Assembly: GCF_006345805.1 (NCBI RefSeq)
Contig: NC_043000.1
Coordinates: forward strand, 146,940,001-147,004,000
Length of the DNA stretch: 64,000 bases
Origin: Octopus sinensis
Taxonomy: Eukaryota
Direction: 5' to 3'
Position 1 is the stretch's first letter; each line of letters begins with the position of its first letter. The position numbers were made by a program, and so were the translations under genes. Below, piece by piece: positions 38,588 through 51,616 of the stretch. The notes beneath the pieces were generated by a model. It was given only the letters and a program-made list of their open reading frames with translations, searched no databases and had not been told where the DNA came from.

Positions 38588-38968
38588 ACTCTTTTACTTG
38601 TTTCAGCCATTTGACTGCGGCCATGCTGGAGCACCGCCTTTAGTCGAGCTAATCGACCCCAGGACTTATTCTTTGTAAGCCTAGTACTTATTCTATCGGT
38701 CTCTTTTGCCGAACCGCTAAGTTACGGGGACGTAAACACGCCAGCATCGCTTGTCAAGCGATGCTGGGAGGACAAACACACACACACACACAAACATATA
38801 CACACATATACATGCACATATACATACATATATACGACAGGCTTCTTTCAGTTTCCGTCTGCCAAATCCACTCACAAGGCTTTGGTCGGCCCGAAGCTAT
38901 AGTAGAAGACACTTGCCCAAGGTGCCACGCAGTGGGACTGAACCCGGAACCATGTGATTGGTAAGTAA
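38588..38968 (-). mobile_element. SINE family A (5'-truncated)
   Basis: Lacks the first ~25 nt. Confidence 0.92.
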
Positions 38969-39443
38969 ACACGGAAACGTATTTTCATCATGTGAGGTTA
39001 AGGAATTAGGCTTTGATTTGGATTCAATCGCACTTCATTGCATTCTTAGGAAGATGCCCTCTATTCTAACCTGATGTTGATCAACGGATTATGAATAGAA
39101 TTCACTCGAGGAAAATTGTGGAGTACATGGTGAGGGATTGTTGTATGTGTTCTCCATTTGTTAATTATATTTTTATGATACCGTGTGTTTTATATAATTA
39201 TCTACTTACTCTATGTTTGGCTTATCTCAGATTGTTAACATACCTAATTATCTTATAATGCCTCTGCCTTCCCTCTCGTTAGATGTAACACTCTTGTACA
39301 ATCCTTACTTATATTGTTATTATATGTATTAAAGAGTAACTGGTGCCAATGATTAAAGAAGAACTATCATCATCATTAGCAGCAGCAGCATCACCATCAA
39401 CATCATCGCCATCATCATTGTTACTACTCCTACTGCAACTAGT

Positions 39444-39476
<33 letters not shown>

Positions 39477-39654
39477 TATTCAAAACGACGAAGGATATTA
39501 ATAATGCTTAGTTGTTAACATATGAAGATAAATGCGTTGCTCAGGAAACTTGCCAAGAATTTAACATAACACCTGCATCGGATGTGAACTTACTAACTTC
39601 CAGCTACATTTCTGATAATTTATTCATTTAGCTACTCTTCTTCATGAAATTCAA

Positions 39655-39723
<69 letters not shown>

Positions 39724-40039
39724 CGACAACAACAACTACTACTACTACTACTACTACTACAATAATAATAATAATAATAATAATAATTGCTATAGTAACT
39801 TCAAGAACAATAAGAATACACATATATTATGGAGTAATACCTATATATATATATATATGTATATGGAGAATGGAAAAAGCATAAGAATTTTATAAACTCG
39901 AGAGAGATGTAAAATAATTGGCTTTTGGAACTTTGGCTCTCGAGACGCATCACATAAAGCTTTATGTTTTAAAAATTAATTAAAAAGCGAGCTTAACCTT
40001 TTTTTTTTTTTCTCTTAGCATGTATAAATCGTCCAAATT

Positions 40040-41293
40040 GTAGTTGTTGGAAAAAGTAACTATTCTTGTGCACAAAGATACTACTAAACATAGTTTACAC
40101 CAGAAAAGATGCTTTGCGCCATCGTTAAACACATATTCACAGCTAGCGTCACCTCTTCTGTATAATCAAATCTTTTCCTCGAACATTGCCATTCATTCGA
40201 CTGAATATTTTGAAGTTGAAAGGATGGAGGTCCACTGTCCAGTCCAGTTTTTTTTATTGCTTGATATGTTGCTGAAAGACGTATGTGTGTTTAGGCATTG
40301 TTATCGTAAAATTTATCGTTTTCCTTTTCGGGCCCTTCCCCCTAGTGGTTTCTCTAAACATTTTGCGTGTATCAGGGTACCACTCGTTGTAGACGGTATA
40401 GCAAGGCGGCGAGCTGGCAGAAACGTTAGCAAGCCGGGCGAAATGCTTAGCGGTATTTCATCTGTCGTTACGTTGTGAGTTCAAATTCCGCCGAAGTCGA
40501 CTTTGCCTTTCATCCTTTCGGGGTCGATAAATTAAGTACCAGTTACGCACTGGGGTCGATTGTAATCGACTTAATACCTATGTCTGTCCTTGTTTGTCCC
40601 CTCTATGTTTAGCCCCTTGTGGGTAATAAAGAAATAGGTATAGCAACATGCCAGAAAATCAAGGAGTAATATGTCTCTATCCTCCTAAAAAATTACTATA
40701 ATATTCTTTACCGATAGCTGGCTCTTGGACTTCTTTGACCTTGGAGTAGAGGTGTGACGGCATTCCCTTGACTGGGCTTTCGTTTTGGGGTCATAAAGAT
40801 TTACCCAATTTTCATCCTCTGAATCAAACGGGAGAAAATGTGTCTTCATTTGTTTCAAAAACTTCCTGTTTAGAAGAACTACCATTCTGATCTCTTTCAA
40901 ATCGAGAGCCAACTGTCGAGGTACACATTTCCCAATATCACAAGTCTTCCTCCATCCGCGAAAATCAATTTTCAACTAATTAGTGATTCGTGTCTGGTGA
41001 CACTTTTGATAGTCACTCACGATATGGTTTGTCTTCAATGCTAGTTTCATCTCTAAACGTCTTTATCCATCTGGGTACATTGTTCCTTCAGTGGTGTATT
41101 GTCCTTAAACAACCTGTTCCTTTCATTTATCAAGAAACCAATGCAGGAGTGTTGCTTCTGCTTGAAAGACATTCTTTATCAAGAATGAAACAGGAAGAAG
41201 ATTTACTATAGAAGAAGGGTTACTTTACTAACATAATGCAATTTGAACTAATTTCATTAACTTAACTCAGCATTACACTCGGAACAACATTCA
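40040..41293 (-). pseudogene. Mariner transposase relic
   Basis: KCVPRQL (WVPHEL-like), DENWVNLYDPKTKAQSRECRHTSTPRSKKSKSQLS, a decayed HDNA-like motif near 40300, and a TIR-like end at 41293. Confidence 0.75.
40405..40636 (+). mobile_element. SINE family B nested in the mariner relic
   Basis: 10-bp TSD GGTATAGCAA (40395-40404 and 40637-40646). Confidence 0.93.
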
Positions 41294-41425
41294 TACATAA
41301 GCATGTTATATGTGTTGTGTGTGTGTGTGTATTCGCATACATGTAAATATATATATGTATAATATATATATATTATATATATATGTATGTATTGTAGTAT
41401 ATATATATATATTATATATATATAT

Positions 41426-41459
<34 letters not shown>

Positions 41460-41460
41460 C

Positions 41461-41678
41461 TTGTATTTAGGAATGGTAATTTTGCCAGTTTAGCCAATAA
41501 AAATACACGCACTATATATTTGGTTTACTTACTTTGCTTCAAATTATTTATTTTTTACATTAATCTTAATCTTATTTCGGCCAGAGTTCTTTCGTCACAC
41601 TCCTGTGACCTCATCAGTGGTCCTTTGCTTTCTTCTTTCTTATTGTGTGTCTCTCCTTACTAACGGTCAGCCATTTTG
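41461..41678 (-). mobile_element. Short hammerhead-bearing element H1, 3' end on (TA)n
   Basis: Homologous to 55932-56148; both end at (TA)n. Confidence 0.85.
41581..41620 (-). ncRNA. Minimal type-I hammerhead motif (canonical core)
   Basis: Minus strand: CCA CTGATGA G GTCAC-AGGAGT-GTGAC GAAA G-AA-C TC TGG. Confidence 0.8.
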
Positions 41679-41807
41679 ACATATTGTCTTTGAGAGGTTT
41701 CTTCTATCTCAGCGAAAGGTTATTCCCACATCCGAGTTAAGCACAAACATCTTAAATATGATTCTTTCACGCATATATATATATATATATATTATATATA
41801 TAATAAT

Positions 41808-41890
<83 letters not shown>

Positions 41891-42679
41891 TGTGTGTGTG
41901 TGTGTGTGTGTGTGTGTATTTGTACATAAATTTAATCTCCCATATCAAAGTGGCTGTTCCCTGTTACTACTGGTTTAACCACAGGCAGATCTTTTGCCTG
42001 CTGCTTATACAAAATATACAGCTAGAGCAAGCGGAGCGAACACCTACCAACTCCTAGCAGACAGCAGGATGGTGAGACAGACTCAGTTTCGGGCTGGTTG
42101 GCTCATCTTCAGTTGCGAGTCGCGTATCGCCAGCCAGCAATATATTGTAAGCAAAGCTATCATCGGTCACTGATTTGCAACAAGGAAAATTGCTAGATGC
42201 AATATATATATATAAATTTAACAAGGGCACAACAAACTTAAACAGAAAATTCGTAGCTAATTCCACAATTTCCCACATTTTAGCGTCGATCCTGTTCCGA
42301 TTTGGTGGTGACAAATATCACTGGGAATAACTAACGAACGTACAGGACAATGACGGAAACAAACGCAACAAAATAAAATGATTATTATAATTATACATAT
42401 ACAACAAAAAAACCTGCGGCTGCAAATGAAGATGAAAAGTCTCCTGTGGGACTGGAGACGAGAGGGGAGCAGAACAAAGGAAGAAGTAAGCAGACAGTGT
42501 AGGAAAAGTGTAAAAGCACAAGGAAGCGTGACCTACCTGGTCAGCAGTAAAGCAGAAAAAGATGAGAGAGGTTTAAATGGTCACGGGTCACGTGGTAGTG
42601 ACAGGAGAGAGAAAGTGTTATGGAGGGCAATGTAATTACCATATATATATATATATCATTTACAATATACGTCCTCATC

Positions 42680-42720
42680 TTGTTTCGGCTGATTTACTCT
42701 CCAACCTTCATCAGGTGTCC
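42680..42720 (-). ncRNA. Hammerhead motif with the cleavage strand deleted
   Basis: ACAC CTGATGA A GGTTG-GAGAGTAAAT-CAGCC GAAAC, lacking the 18 nt that follow in the 43071 copy. Confidence 0.65.
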
Positions 42721-42759
42721 TAGTAGAATTTTGAACCCAATCCTGGGTTTTTATTCAAG

Positions 42760-42851
42760 GTACTGCCTGGAATTGAACTCGCAATCTTGGGGTTAGTAAC
42801 CTTGCATTCTTATGCAATATAGCATATTGCATATGCTATATACCCGTGGGC
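42760..42851 (-). promoter_or_regulatory. tRNA-like Pol III internal promoter within the PLE 3' UTR
   Basis: B-box GAGTTCAATTCC, anticodon-arm-like GG-TTACTAA-CC, and an A-box remnant TAGCATA disrupted by a local inverted duplication. Confidence 0.55.
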
Positions 42852-43060
42852 AAGTATAGATTGAATTTTAGGGTTTATAAATCTAGTATTTTTGTATCCT
42901 TCTTTAATACCGCTTCCCATATTCTACACACCTGCACTAGGTCTGCTTCGGAGGTTATTGGGTTCTAGCATATGTGCTGCTTCTTTTAGTTTTCGTATTT
43001 CCCATTGGTGTTCTCTGTCTATTATTTCAACTTCATCCAACAGGGGAAGGTGGTCTCCGC

Positions 43061-43210
43061 TTCTACCAGGACACCTGATGATGGCTAGAGAGTAAATCAG
43101 CCGAAACGTTGTGGTAACAACAAACAAGATGAGGACACATATCCGTCCAATGTAAATAATATAAACAATGCACAGAATTCCTCATCTCAAAAATATAAAA
43201 CAGTAATATG
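43061..43210 (+). mobile_element. Inverted pseudo-LTR at the 5' junction of the truncated PLE
   Basis: TTCTACCAGGACACCTGATGA..AAACAAGATGAGGAC matches 42670-42728 in the opposite orientation. Confidence 0.8.
43071..43115 (+). ncRNA. Minimal type-I hammerhead motif
   Basis: CAC CTGATGA T GGCT-12nt-AGCC GAAA CG TT GTG, with palindromic AACGTT. Confidence 0.75.
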
Positions 43211-43551
43211 CATACATACATATATGCGCAGTAAAGCAATAAGTATAAACACAATAAAACTTACTATTATACCTTTCCACCAGAACTCACACGCAATGTA
43301 ATTACCATTCGACATGGCTTCATCTACCCCAGAAAAACAACCTTACCTGAAACAAGCTGAACTCAAAAGTACCGCAATCTAATGAAGGCTGGCAGGCCGA
43401 AACTTCAAAGTCGCCATTAATACTTTCCTTGTAAAAGTATAATAAAAAGTATTTAGTAATCCTTCAATTTGATATAAACTTTATAACTTGATATAGAAAT
43501 AAACACACACACACGCGCGCACACATGTATATACATATACATATACATATG

Positions 43552-43583
<32 letters not shown>

Positions 43584-43926
43584 TGTATGTATGTATGTAT
43601 TTATGTCTGAGTTCCAGTACATGAACTTTAGCTCGCTATAACTCAAAATTTCCTATCTCGTATAAAATCAGTAATTCTGCTAAAGTGAGTGTAAAGTTTA
43701 AAATTTTGGATTTTAAATATTATTATAAACCGATGTGTATGCACACACATTTATTCACAAGCACACACACACACACACACATACACACATACACGCTCGC
43801 ACCACACACATACACACAGAGACACCTATACATGTATACATTTATGTATAAATGTGCATAATATATATATATATATATACTATATATATTATATATATAT
43901 ATACATATAATATATATATAATATAC

Positions 43927-43976
<50 letters not shown>

Positions 43977-44704
43977 ATAATATATATTATATATATTATA
44001 TACATACGTGGTGTGTGTGTATGAATGTATGTATGTATTTATATAACTATTTAATTATTGCGAATGTGAACTGTATTATTTACTTCGAAAATAACAAAAT
44101 TTCTTTCTTTTTTTTCTTTCCTAAATTTACTGAAATTTATCGACACCTTTTATTATCATGGTTGTTTGTTTTTTTTTACCTCCTTATCTATCTTATCTCT
44201 CTATATTAATGTTTTGACTATTTTTCAACTTTATTTGTTTATTTTTTTCATATTTATTTTGGATATTATTTTTGCTTCCCGTCCTCTCTGTGTTTCTCCT
44301 TGTAATTTTTTTTTATAATTTTCCGGTGTTTTTTTTTCTTTCATTTTATTTTTTATTCGAATATCTTAATGCGTTTCGTTACTTCTCTCTGTTTAACCAA
44401 CCTTTATAAAAGAAGCGATTTTTTTTTATTTTATAACCTCCTTCTTTTTCACTTGTGTGCAGCGCTTCAATTTTTATTCTTCGCCTAACACTGCTTTACT
44501 GCCTATTAACAATTAAACCATCCGTCCAGGTGGTGTGTTGGAAATTAAAGAGCTCTTGTAACAGCATGGGTTGCAAAGCAAAAATGAGAGAAGGCGAGAG
44601 AGTTACAGAAAAAGAAAGAGCGAAACGAAAGATATTAGTGGTCTACATACTTATATATATACACATACATACATATTTTGGGAGATAGAGAGAGTGTGAG
44701 AGTG

Positions 44705-44785
<81 letters not shown>

Positions 44786-44786
<1 letters not shown>

Positions 44787-45030
44787 GTTTCTTTATTGGC
44801 CACAATGGGCTGCACACAGATGGGACAAGTTACAAGGTAGAGCTTTTCTTTTGGGGGAGAAAAAAAGAAGAAAAAAAGGTGGCGTAGGTTTTCGATCAAA
44901 AGGGATCGTAAAAGGGAAAAAAAGGAAAAGAAAAAACAAAAGAAAAAAAGAAAAAAAAGGAAAAGAAAAGAAAAAAGGGAAAAAAGAAAGAAAAATGAGA
45001 AAGAAGAAAAAGAGGAAAAAAAGATAAATA
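44786..45030 (-). mobile_element. 3' UTR fragment of the (GATA)n-associated retroelement
   Basis: GTTTCTTTATT.GCCACA..GGGCTGCACACAGAT..TTACAAGGTAGAGCTTTTC as at 421, with GATA/GACA tracts on both sides. Confidence 0.75.
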
Positions 45031-45033
45031 GAA

Positions 45034-45083
<50 letters not shown>

Positions 45084-45123
45084 GACAGACAGACAGATAT
45101 AAGATAGATAGATAGATAGATAG

Positions 45124-45190
<67 letters not shown>

Positions 45191-45571
45191 GTAGATGGAT
45201 GGATAGATAGATAGATGCATAGATAGGTACATACATAAATGTATGCTTGCATTGATGCTTGCATACATACATTATGTAGAAGAGAAAAAGAATAAATGTG
45301 ATGAAAGTAAAGACACGTAACTACTCGACTATTTATGTGCCTACCGAGAGACTTGGTAAATAGTTGGGTGAATAGTTAAATAAGCAAACAAGTGTTCAGA
45401 TTGATCGAGAAAGAAGAGGCAACGACTCAGAGAAAATGATATTAGGCAGCTAGGTTGGTGATTATGTAGATAGATATATATAGACAGAGAAAGAGAAAGA
45501 AAGGGAGATAGAGAGAGGGTGAGAGTGAGTGAGATAGATAGATAGATAGATGGATAGATATATAGATAGAC

Positions 45572-45627
<56 letters not shown>

Positions 45628-45629
45628 GC

Positions 45630-45705
<76 letters not shown>

Positions 45706-45839
45706 ACAGACAGACAGACAGACAGATACATACATACATACATACATACATACATACATACATACTTACATACATGCATAGATAGTTACATAGAGTGGGA
45801 GTGAGAGACAAAGACTGGGAGACAGACAGACAGACAGAC

Positions 45840-45871
<32 letters not shown>

Positions 45872-45875
45872 TGAC

Positions 45876-45950
<75 letters not shown>

Positions 45951-46309
45951 ATAGAATAGACCGTGCAGTCGAAAGTGACAAGGATTAGATATTGATGAAA
46001 AAAAAATAAGATATAAAAAAAAAAGAAGGCATTAACGGTGGAAATGAAATTAGAAAGGGTAGCTGAACCGAAAAATTTGGCGCTGGAGGAAGAGGGTAGA
46101 GAGGGGGAGAATAACAATACTTCTTTTATTATTATAGCCAACTATTCTATTGATCTATATAGAGAAATGATATATCAAAAACGCACGAACAAGTTATTTT
46201 TATCCTATCTTGTTATCACTCCTATCACCACTATCAGCATCAATAGCATCATCGTCAATACCAATATTACTACTATGCTGCTACTACTATTACTAAATTT
46301 AGCTTGAAA

Positions 46310-46896
46310 TTCTGGTCCAAAGCCAGTAGATTTGAATGAGGGCCTCAGTCCATTACCTCGACCTCCGTACTCAACTGGTACTTATTTTATCGAGCCCGAA
46401 AGGGATGAAAGGCAAAGCATGAATTCGAACTCGGAACGTAAGAACGGAAGAAATGCCGCCGAGCATTTTGCCCGGCGTGGTAACGATTCTACCAGCTGGC
46501 CGCCTTAACTACTATTGTTAATAATATTGGTTTCCAATTTTGGCACAAGGCCAGATTTGAATGAGGGTCTCAGTCCATTACATCGACCTCCGTACTCAAC
46601 TGGTACTTATTTCATCGACCCCGAAAGGATGAAAGGCAAAGCTGAATTCGAACTCAGAACGTAAGAACGGACGAAATGCTGCCGAGCATTTTTGCCCGGC
46701 GCGGTAACGATTCTACCAGCTGGCCGCCTTAACTACTATTGTTAATAATATTGGTTTCCAATTTTGGCACAAGGTCAGCAATTTTGATAGGGGTGTGGTT
46801 TAATACGATCACATCGACTTTAGTATTTTACTAGTACTTATTTATCGACCCCGAAAGGATAAACGGCAAAGTCGACCTCGGCGGAATTTGAACTCA
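46310..46896 (-). repeat. Tandem array of SINE-B-like units (~225 bp period) running into a gap
   Basis: AGATTTGAATGAGGG at ~46328 and ~46553; the third unit is more diverged. Confidence 0.85.
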
Positions 46897-46996
46897 NNNN
46901 NNNNNNNNNNNNNNNNNNNNNNNNNNNNNNNNNNNNNNNNNNNNNNNNNNNNNNNNNNNNNNNNNNNNNNNNNNNNNNNNNNNNNNNNNNNNNNNN
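46897..46996. other. Assembly gap (100 N)
   Basis: Run of N. Confidence 1.
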
Positions 46997-47425
46997 TGTA
47001 TAGAGGCTAAGGTGATTTCTTCTGTAGTTATTGTGCGAGTTAGAAAACAGCTGTTGTTGCTATGTATCGTCAAGTCTTATTATTCAGATCGGGATATTAC
47101 ACCTCCAGTAACTTAATCAATTTAAAGAAACAAATTAATCAAATTTCAATCTGCTTCCCGTGATATGACAGGGAAATGGTACATTCAATTTTTTCACATT
47201 TCCACAGGCCTAACTCTCTTCTGCAGTTCACTGTAGGGTATGCTTTCTTACGAATTACTCGCACCTACAAAGGGAAACATTATGTAATGTCAAGCTGAAG
47301 AGTGCCTTCCAAAACCTTTCAACCTAGCACTGCAGACACATGTAAGTGGGAGTTGCAAGTTAAAATAACGGACTTAAGCTGTAGTTTTAAAACCTTCTCT
47401 GTGGAAGTTTAAACAAATGTAAATA

Positions 47426-47593
47426 GGCGCAGGAGTGGCTGTGTGGTAAGTAGCTTGCTTACCAACCACATGGTTCCGGGTTCAGTCCCACTGCGTGGCA
47501 CCTTGGGTAAGTGTCTTCTACTATAGCCTCGGGCCGACCAAAGCCTTTTCAGTGGATTTGGTAGACGGAACTGAAAGAAGCCCGTCGTATATA

Positions 47594-47648
<55 letters not shown>

Positions 47649-47886
47649 TATATATGCGTGTGTGTGTGTTTGTGTGTCTGTGTTTGTCCTCCAAGCATTG
47701 CTTGACAACCAATGCTGGTGTGTTTATGTCCCCGTTACTTAGCGGTTCGGCAAAAGAGACCGATAGAATAAGTACTAGGCTTACAAAGAATAAGTCCCGG
47801 GGTCGAGTTGCTCGACTGAAGGCGGTGCTCCAGCATGGCCGCAGTCAACTGACTGAAACAAGTAAAAGAGTAAAAGAGTAAGAGTA
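47426..47886 (+). mobile_element. SINE family A
   Basis: Full length. Confidence 0.95.
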
Positions 47887-48419
47887 CACCGTTATATTCT
47901 TCGTACACAGAAAAATACTATTAAGATTATTTCGGTATGTTTCATGGGACTTTCACTACTCAACAGAGTAGTGAAAGGTATCTTCTCTCCCACGAAGGAA
48001 CTTATAGAAATCGCTATTTAAATCGAACACAAAACAGAAATTAGATGTAATGGCTTAGATATCATGGCTGGACCAATTTGTATAACGTGTATTTTCTATT
48101 ACACAGTGTGTTGTACATTAATATTTATTAAATTAACTAGCAGGAAGACCAACTTCCGGCGGTTTTCTGTTCGCTGTTAAATAATATTTATATATTTAAT
48201 TCCCAATTTGTGTAATTTTTCTGATGTTACGTATAATTTTCTTTCGTACTCTTATTCTGTAACAGATAACGTTTCAGTATTTATCCCTGTATTTGCTTAT
48301 TAAGTATATTTTTCCTGTTACTTCTCCTCTGTTTGTTACTGATGGTGTTGGTGTTGTTGCTGTTGTGGGTATAGTTGATATCTATACAGCATGTATGTCT
48401 TTCTTTCCACCAGCAGATC

Positions 48420-48497
48420 AGCAGCAACAGCAACATCTCAAAGAGTGACAATAACAGTAGCGGCAGCAACAGCAGCGGCGGCAGCAGCAGCAGTAGC

Positions 48498-48563
<66 letters not shown>

Positions 48564-48597
48564 GGTAGTGGTGGTGGTGGTGGTAATAGTAGTAGTA

Positions 48598-48634
<37 letters not shown>

Positions 48635-48684
48635 CAGTAGTAGTGGTGGTGGTGGTGGTAATAGTAGTAGTAGTGGTGGTAGTG

Positions 48685-48755
<71 letters not shown>

Positions 48756-48780
48756 CGTTGCTGTTGGTGTTGTTATTGCA
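48420..48780. repeat. Compound trinucleotide tract (AGC/AGT/GGT/GTT)
   Basis: Directly visible. Confidence 0.95.
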
Positions 48781-50009
48781 GGCTATATTATCCAGCATGT
48801 CTTTTTTAAGGACGTTTGGGATTTGCGAGAGAGCGAGAGAGAGAGAGAGAGATGTAGCTGCTATTTCTAGCAGATCGCGTTATCACATCGATGCTCCTTC
48901 CGCTGGATTATGTCTGTCGTTGTTGTATGTGCGGTTAGTGTCATTCAGATGTGCAATGACATTAGAGAAAGTGAGATAAAAATGATAATTTATGTTTATC
49001 AAGTTTATAGTGAGACGACGACGAATCGGTAAATCGTACGGCATACTTAATAATAACTGTAACGGTTAGAGTCGATGAGAAACGATTTATGAATGAAGCT
49101 CGCAGATGAAGTGTATAAAATATATCTTGCTATCTTTGCAATCACCCTATCCATCCATTTCTATATCTCCATCCCCTCGTTGCCTCTTTCTCTCTCGTTA
49201 AATATCTCGTAATTTATCGGCCATTTTTTTTTCTACTTTCGTTTTCGTCGTTGTCGGCGTCCTTGTTCTTGTTTTGTTTTGTTTTCTGTTTTGTTGTTGT
49301 TGTTGTTGATGTTGTTCTTATTGCAACAAGAACAACAACAGCAACAACAACAGCTGCTGCTGCTGCTGCTGCTTGTCTGTCTATTGGCAGTGAGACAATG
49401 AAAAATTGAAAAATTCATTCGCAATTGAGCTGTAACAGATAAAATTAACAACGATTTTATAATGAAAAATTAAATCTTAGAAATTAAAAAAGAATTCAAC
49501 GACGTCGATATAGCCTTTTCTTAATGTTTAAAACAAAATAAGTGATTGAAGATTTTTAATTAATGGGATTAATTTAATTTTTTTCTATTTTATTTTATTG
49601 CTGTAATAATAAAAACAAATAAAATTAAGAGTTATATTTTTTAATGGCTACTATCGAAAGAAATCATTAATGATAACTTGTTAATAATCTATTCTTTGTT
49701 TCTCTATTTTGAATTTTTAAATAGATGTTAAAGTATTTATAGAGTATGGTGACAAGAAAAAAAAAACCTATTATTTATTTCTCCTGACATCATTATGGAA
49801 ATAACGAAATAGTTTATGCGTCTTCTCATCTGCGATTGCCGGTATTGCCTTAACGAGAAAAGAAAAATTAATTATTGAGATTTACAGACAATAAATCTGA
49901 GAAATCTATGCTAAATAATGAATACTTTATCAAAGGGGAACGTACTGTAGGCAAAAAAAGGGATTTTTAATTGTATGCATTTTTTGCTTAATGCACGAAC
50001 TAATTACTA

Positions 50010-50530
50010 TAGGCATGGCCGTATTATAGAAATTCGCTATACTACCACGAGGTTTCGGTTTCAGTCCCACAGTGTTATACTTTCAACAAATGCTTTTACT
50101 ATAGCTCTGGGCTAACCAATGTCTTGTGATTGAATCGAGAGAGAGGAAACTGTGATGAAGCTCGCGGTATATAGCAGAATCGTTAGCACGCCGGGCGAAA
50201 TGATTAGCGGTATTTCGTTTGCCGATACGTTCTGAGTTCAAATTCCGCCGAGGTCGACTTTGCCTTTCATCCTTTCGGGGTCGATAAATAAAGTACCAGT
50301 TTCGCACTGGGGTCGATTTAATCAACTTAATCCGTTTGTCTGTCCCCTCCGTCTTTAGCCCCTTGTGGGTAGTAAAGAAATAGGTATATAAATTTGAATG
50401 TGTGTGTGTATGTGTGTGTATGTGCGTGCGTGTGTGTGTGTTAGTATTTCCTTATGCTTGTTTCGTACCATTCTTTCACACTAGATGTCGCTTTGTTTAT
50501 CTCCGACTGACATAATATTTCGGTTAAAGA
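50010..50530 (+). mobile_element. Old SINE-A relative interrupted by SINE B
   Basis: Decayed head TTCAGTCCCAC..CTATAGCTCTGGGCTAACCAATG..GGAAACTG; the decayed 3' part resumes after 50390. Confidence 0.6.
50174..50381 (+). mobile_element. SINE family B (5'-clipped)
   Basis: Young sequence flanked by GGTATATA direct repeats. Confidence 0.9.
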
Positions 50531-51024
50531 AATTAAAAAATAAGTAACAGGTTAAACAATATGTACTGAGATTGGTTTCTTCCGCTTAAAACCCTCAAGA
50601 CAGTGTCAAAGTATGACACCAGTTCAGTGTTTTTTATTACTATTGTTGCAATTATATGCCTGATAATTTCGATTACTGCTTTTATATGCCAAATATAGAT
50701 AAACATATATAGATAGATATACAAACATACAAATATAAATATGCATACGTGTGTGTGTTTTTGTATGCATATACACATACATATATGTACATGTACATAA
50801 TGTATGCATATAATATGTATATATGTAATATATATATATATATATCCATAGCATATACATAAATATATATATATGTATATATATGTATATACATATATAT
50901 ATATATATTGAAATTTATTATATGTATATATAGATCTATATATATATATTATATATGTATAGTACATATATATATATCTATATATATATGTGTATATACA
51001 TATATTATATATATATATATATAG

Positions 51025-51057
<33 letters not shown>

Positions 51058-51087
51058 CCATATATATATATATATATATGTCTATAC

Positions 51088-51130
<43 letters not shown>

Positions 51131-51436
51131 TATATTATATATATATATAAATACATATATAATATAAATCTATAATTATTAATCGTAATTGAGGGTACAC
51201 GAAGTACCAGCTTTGCTAGAAATAAGAATCGAAAATACTCAGGTAAGGCACCATTTGACTGAAAATTCAAAAGGCTAGCGAAAATCGAGAAACGAGTTGA
51301 ATTTGATTTACCATTGCGGCCGAAAGTCGCAAATGAGGATCACAGATATCACGTGATTTCGAAATTTTCGTTGAAACATACATAAATATAAAAAGATATT
51401 TTTTATAATAATATCTTTACATACATACACACACAC

Positions 51437-51468
<32 letters not shown>

Positions 51469-51542
51469 TGCAGAACTATATACATGTTCAATCTCATGCG
51501 GACGCCTCGTGTATAGATCTGCAAATTATATTTTGCTATAAT

Positions 51543-51616
51543 GATCACACCGATGAGTTGCGGACATTCTACGTAAGTGATTACGTAAATGGTAGCAACG
51601 AAACTGGTTTGTGATT
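51543..51616 (+). ncRNA. Type-I hammerhead motif with extended stem II (U4C variant)
   Basis: ATCACA CCGATGA GTTGC..TACGTAA-GTGA-TTACGTA..GCAAC GAAA C-TG-G TT TGTGAT, inside a ~260 bp island (51469-51728) between (TA)n tracts. Confidence 0.8.

Larger units (their letters stand above)
42657..43060 (-). mobile_element. 5'-truncated PLE (Penelope/Poseidon-like) 3' end
   Basis: Endonuclease C-terminus DHLPLLDEVEIIDREHQWEIRKLKEAAHM..NN..SR, then a UTR with a tRNA-like segment and a hammerhead, ending at (TA)n 42641-42656. Confidence 0.8.

Noticed and set aside
48137-48170. Isolated Helitron-like 3' end (minus strand)
   Set aside because: Weak hairpin and no matching 5' end found.
48375-48870. 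Ser/Gly/Cys-rich ORF
   Set aside because: Compound trinucleotide tract open in several frames.
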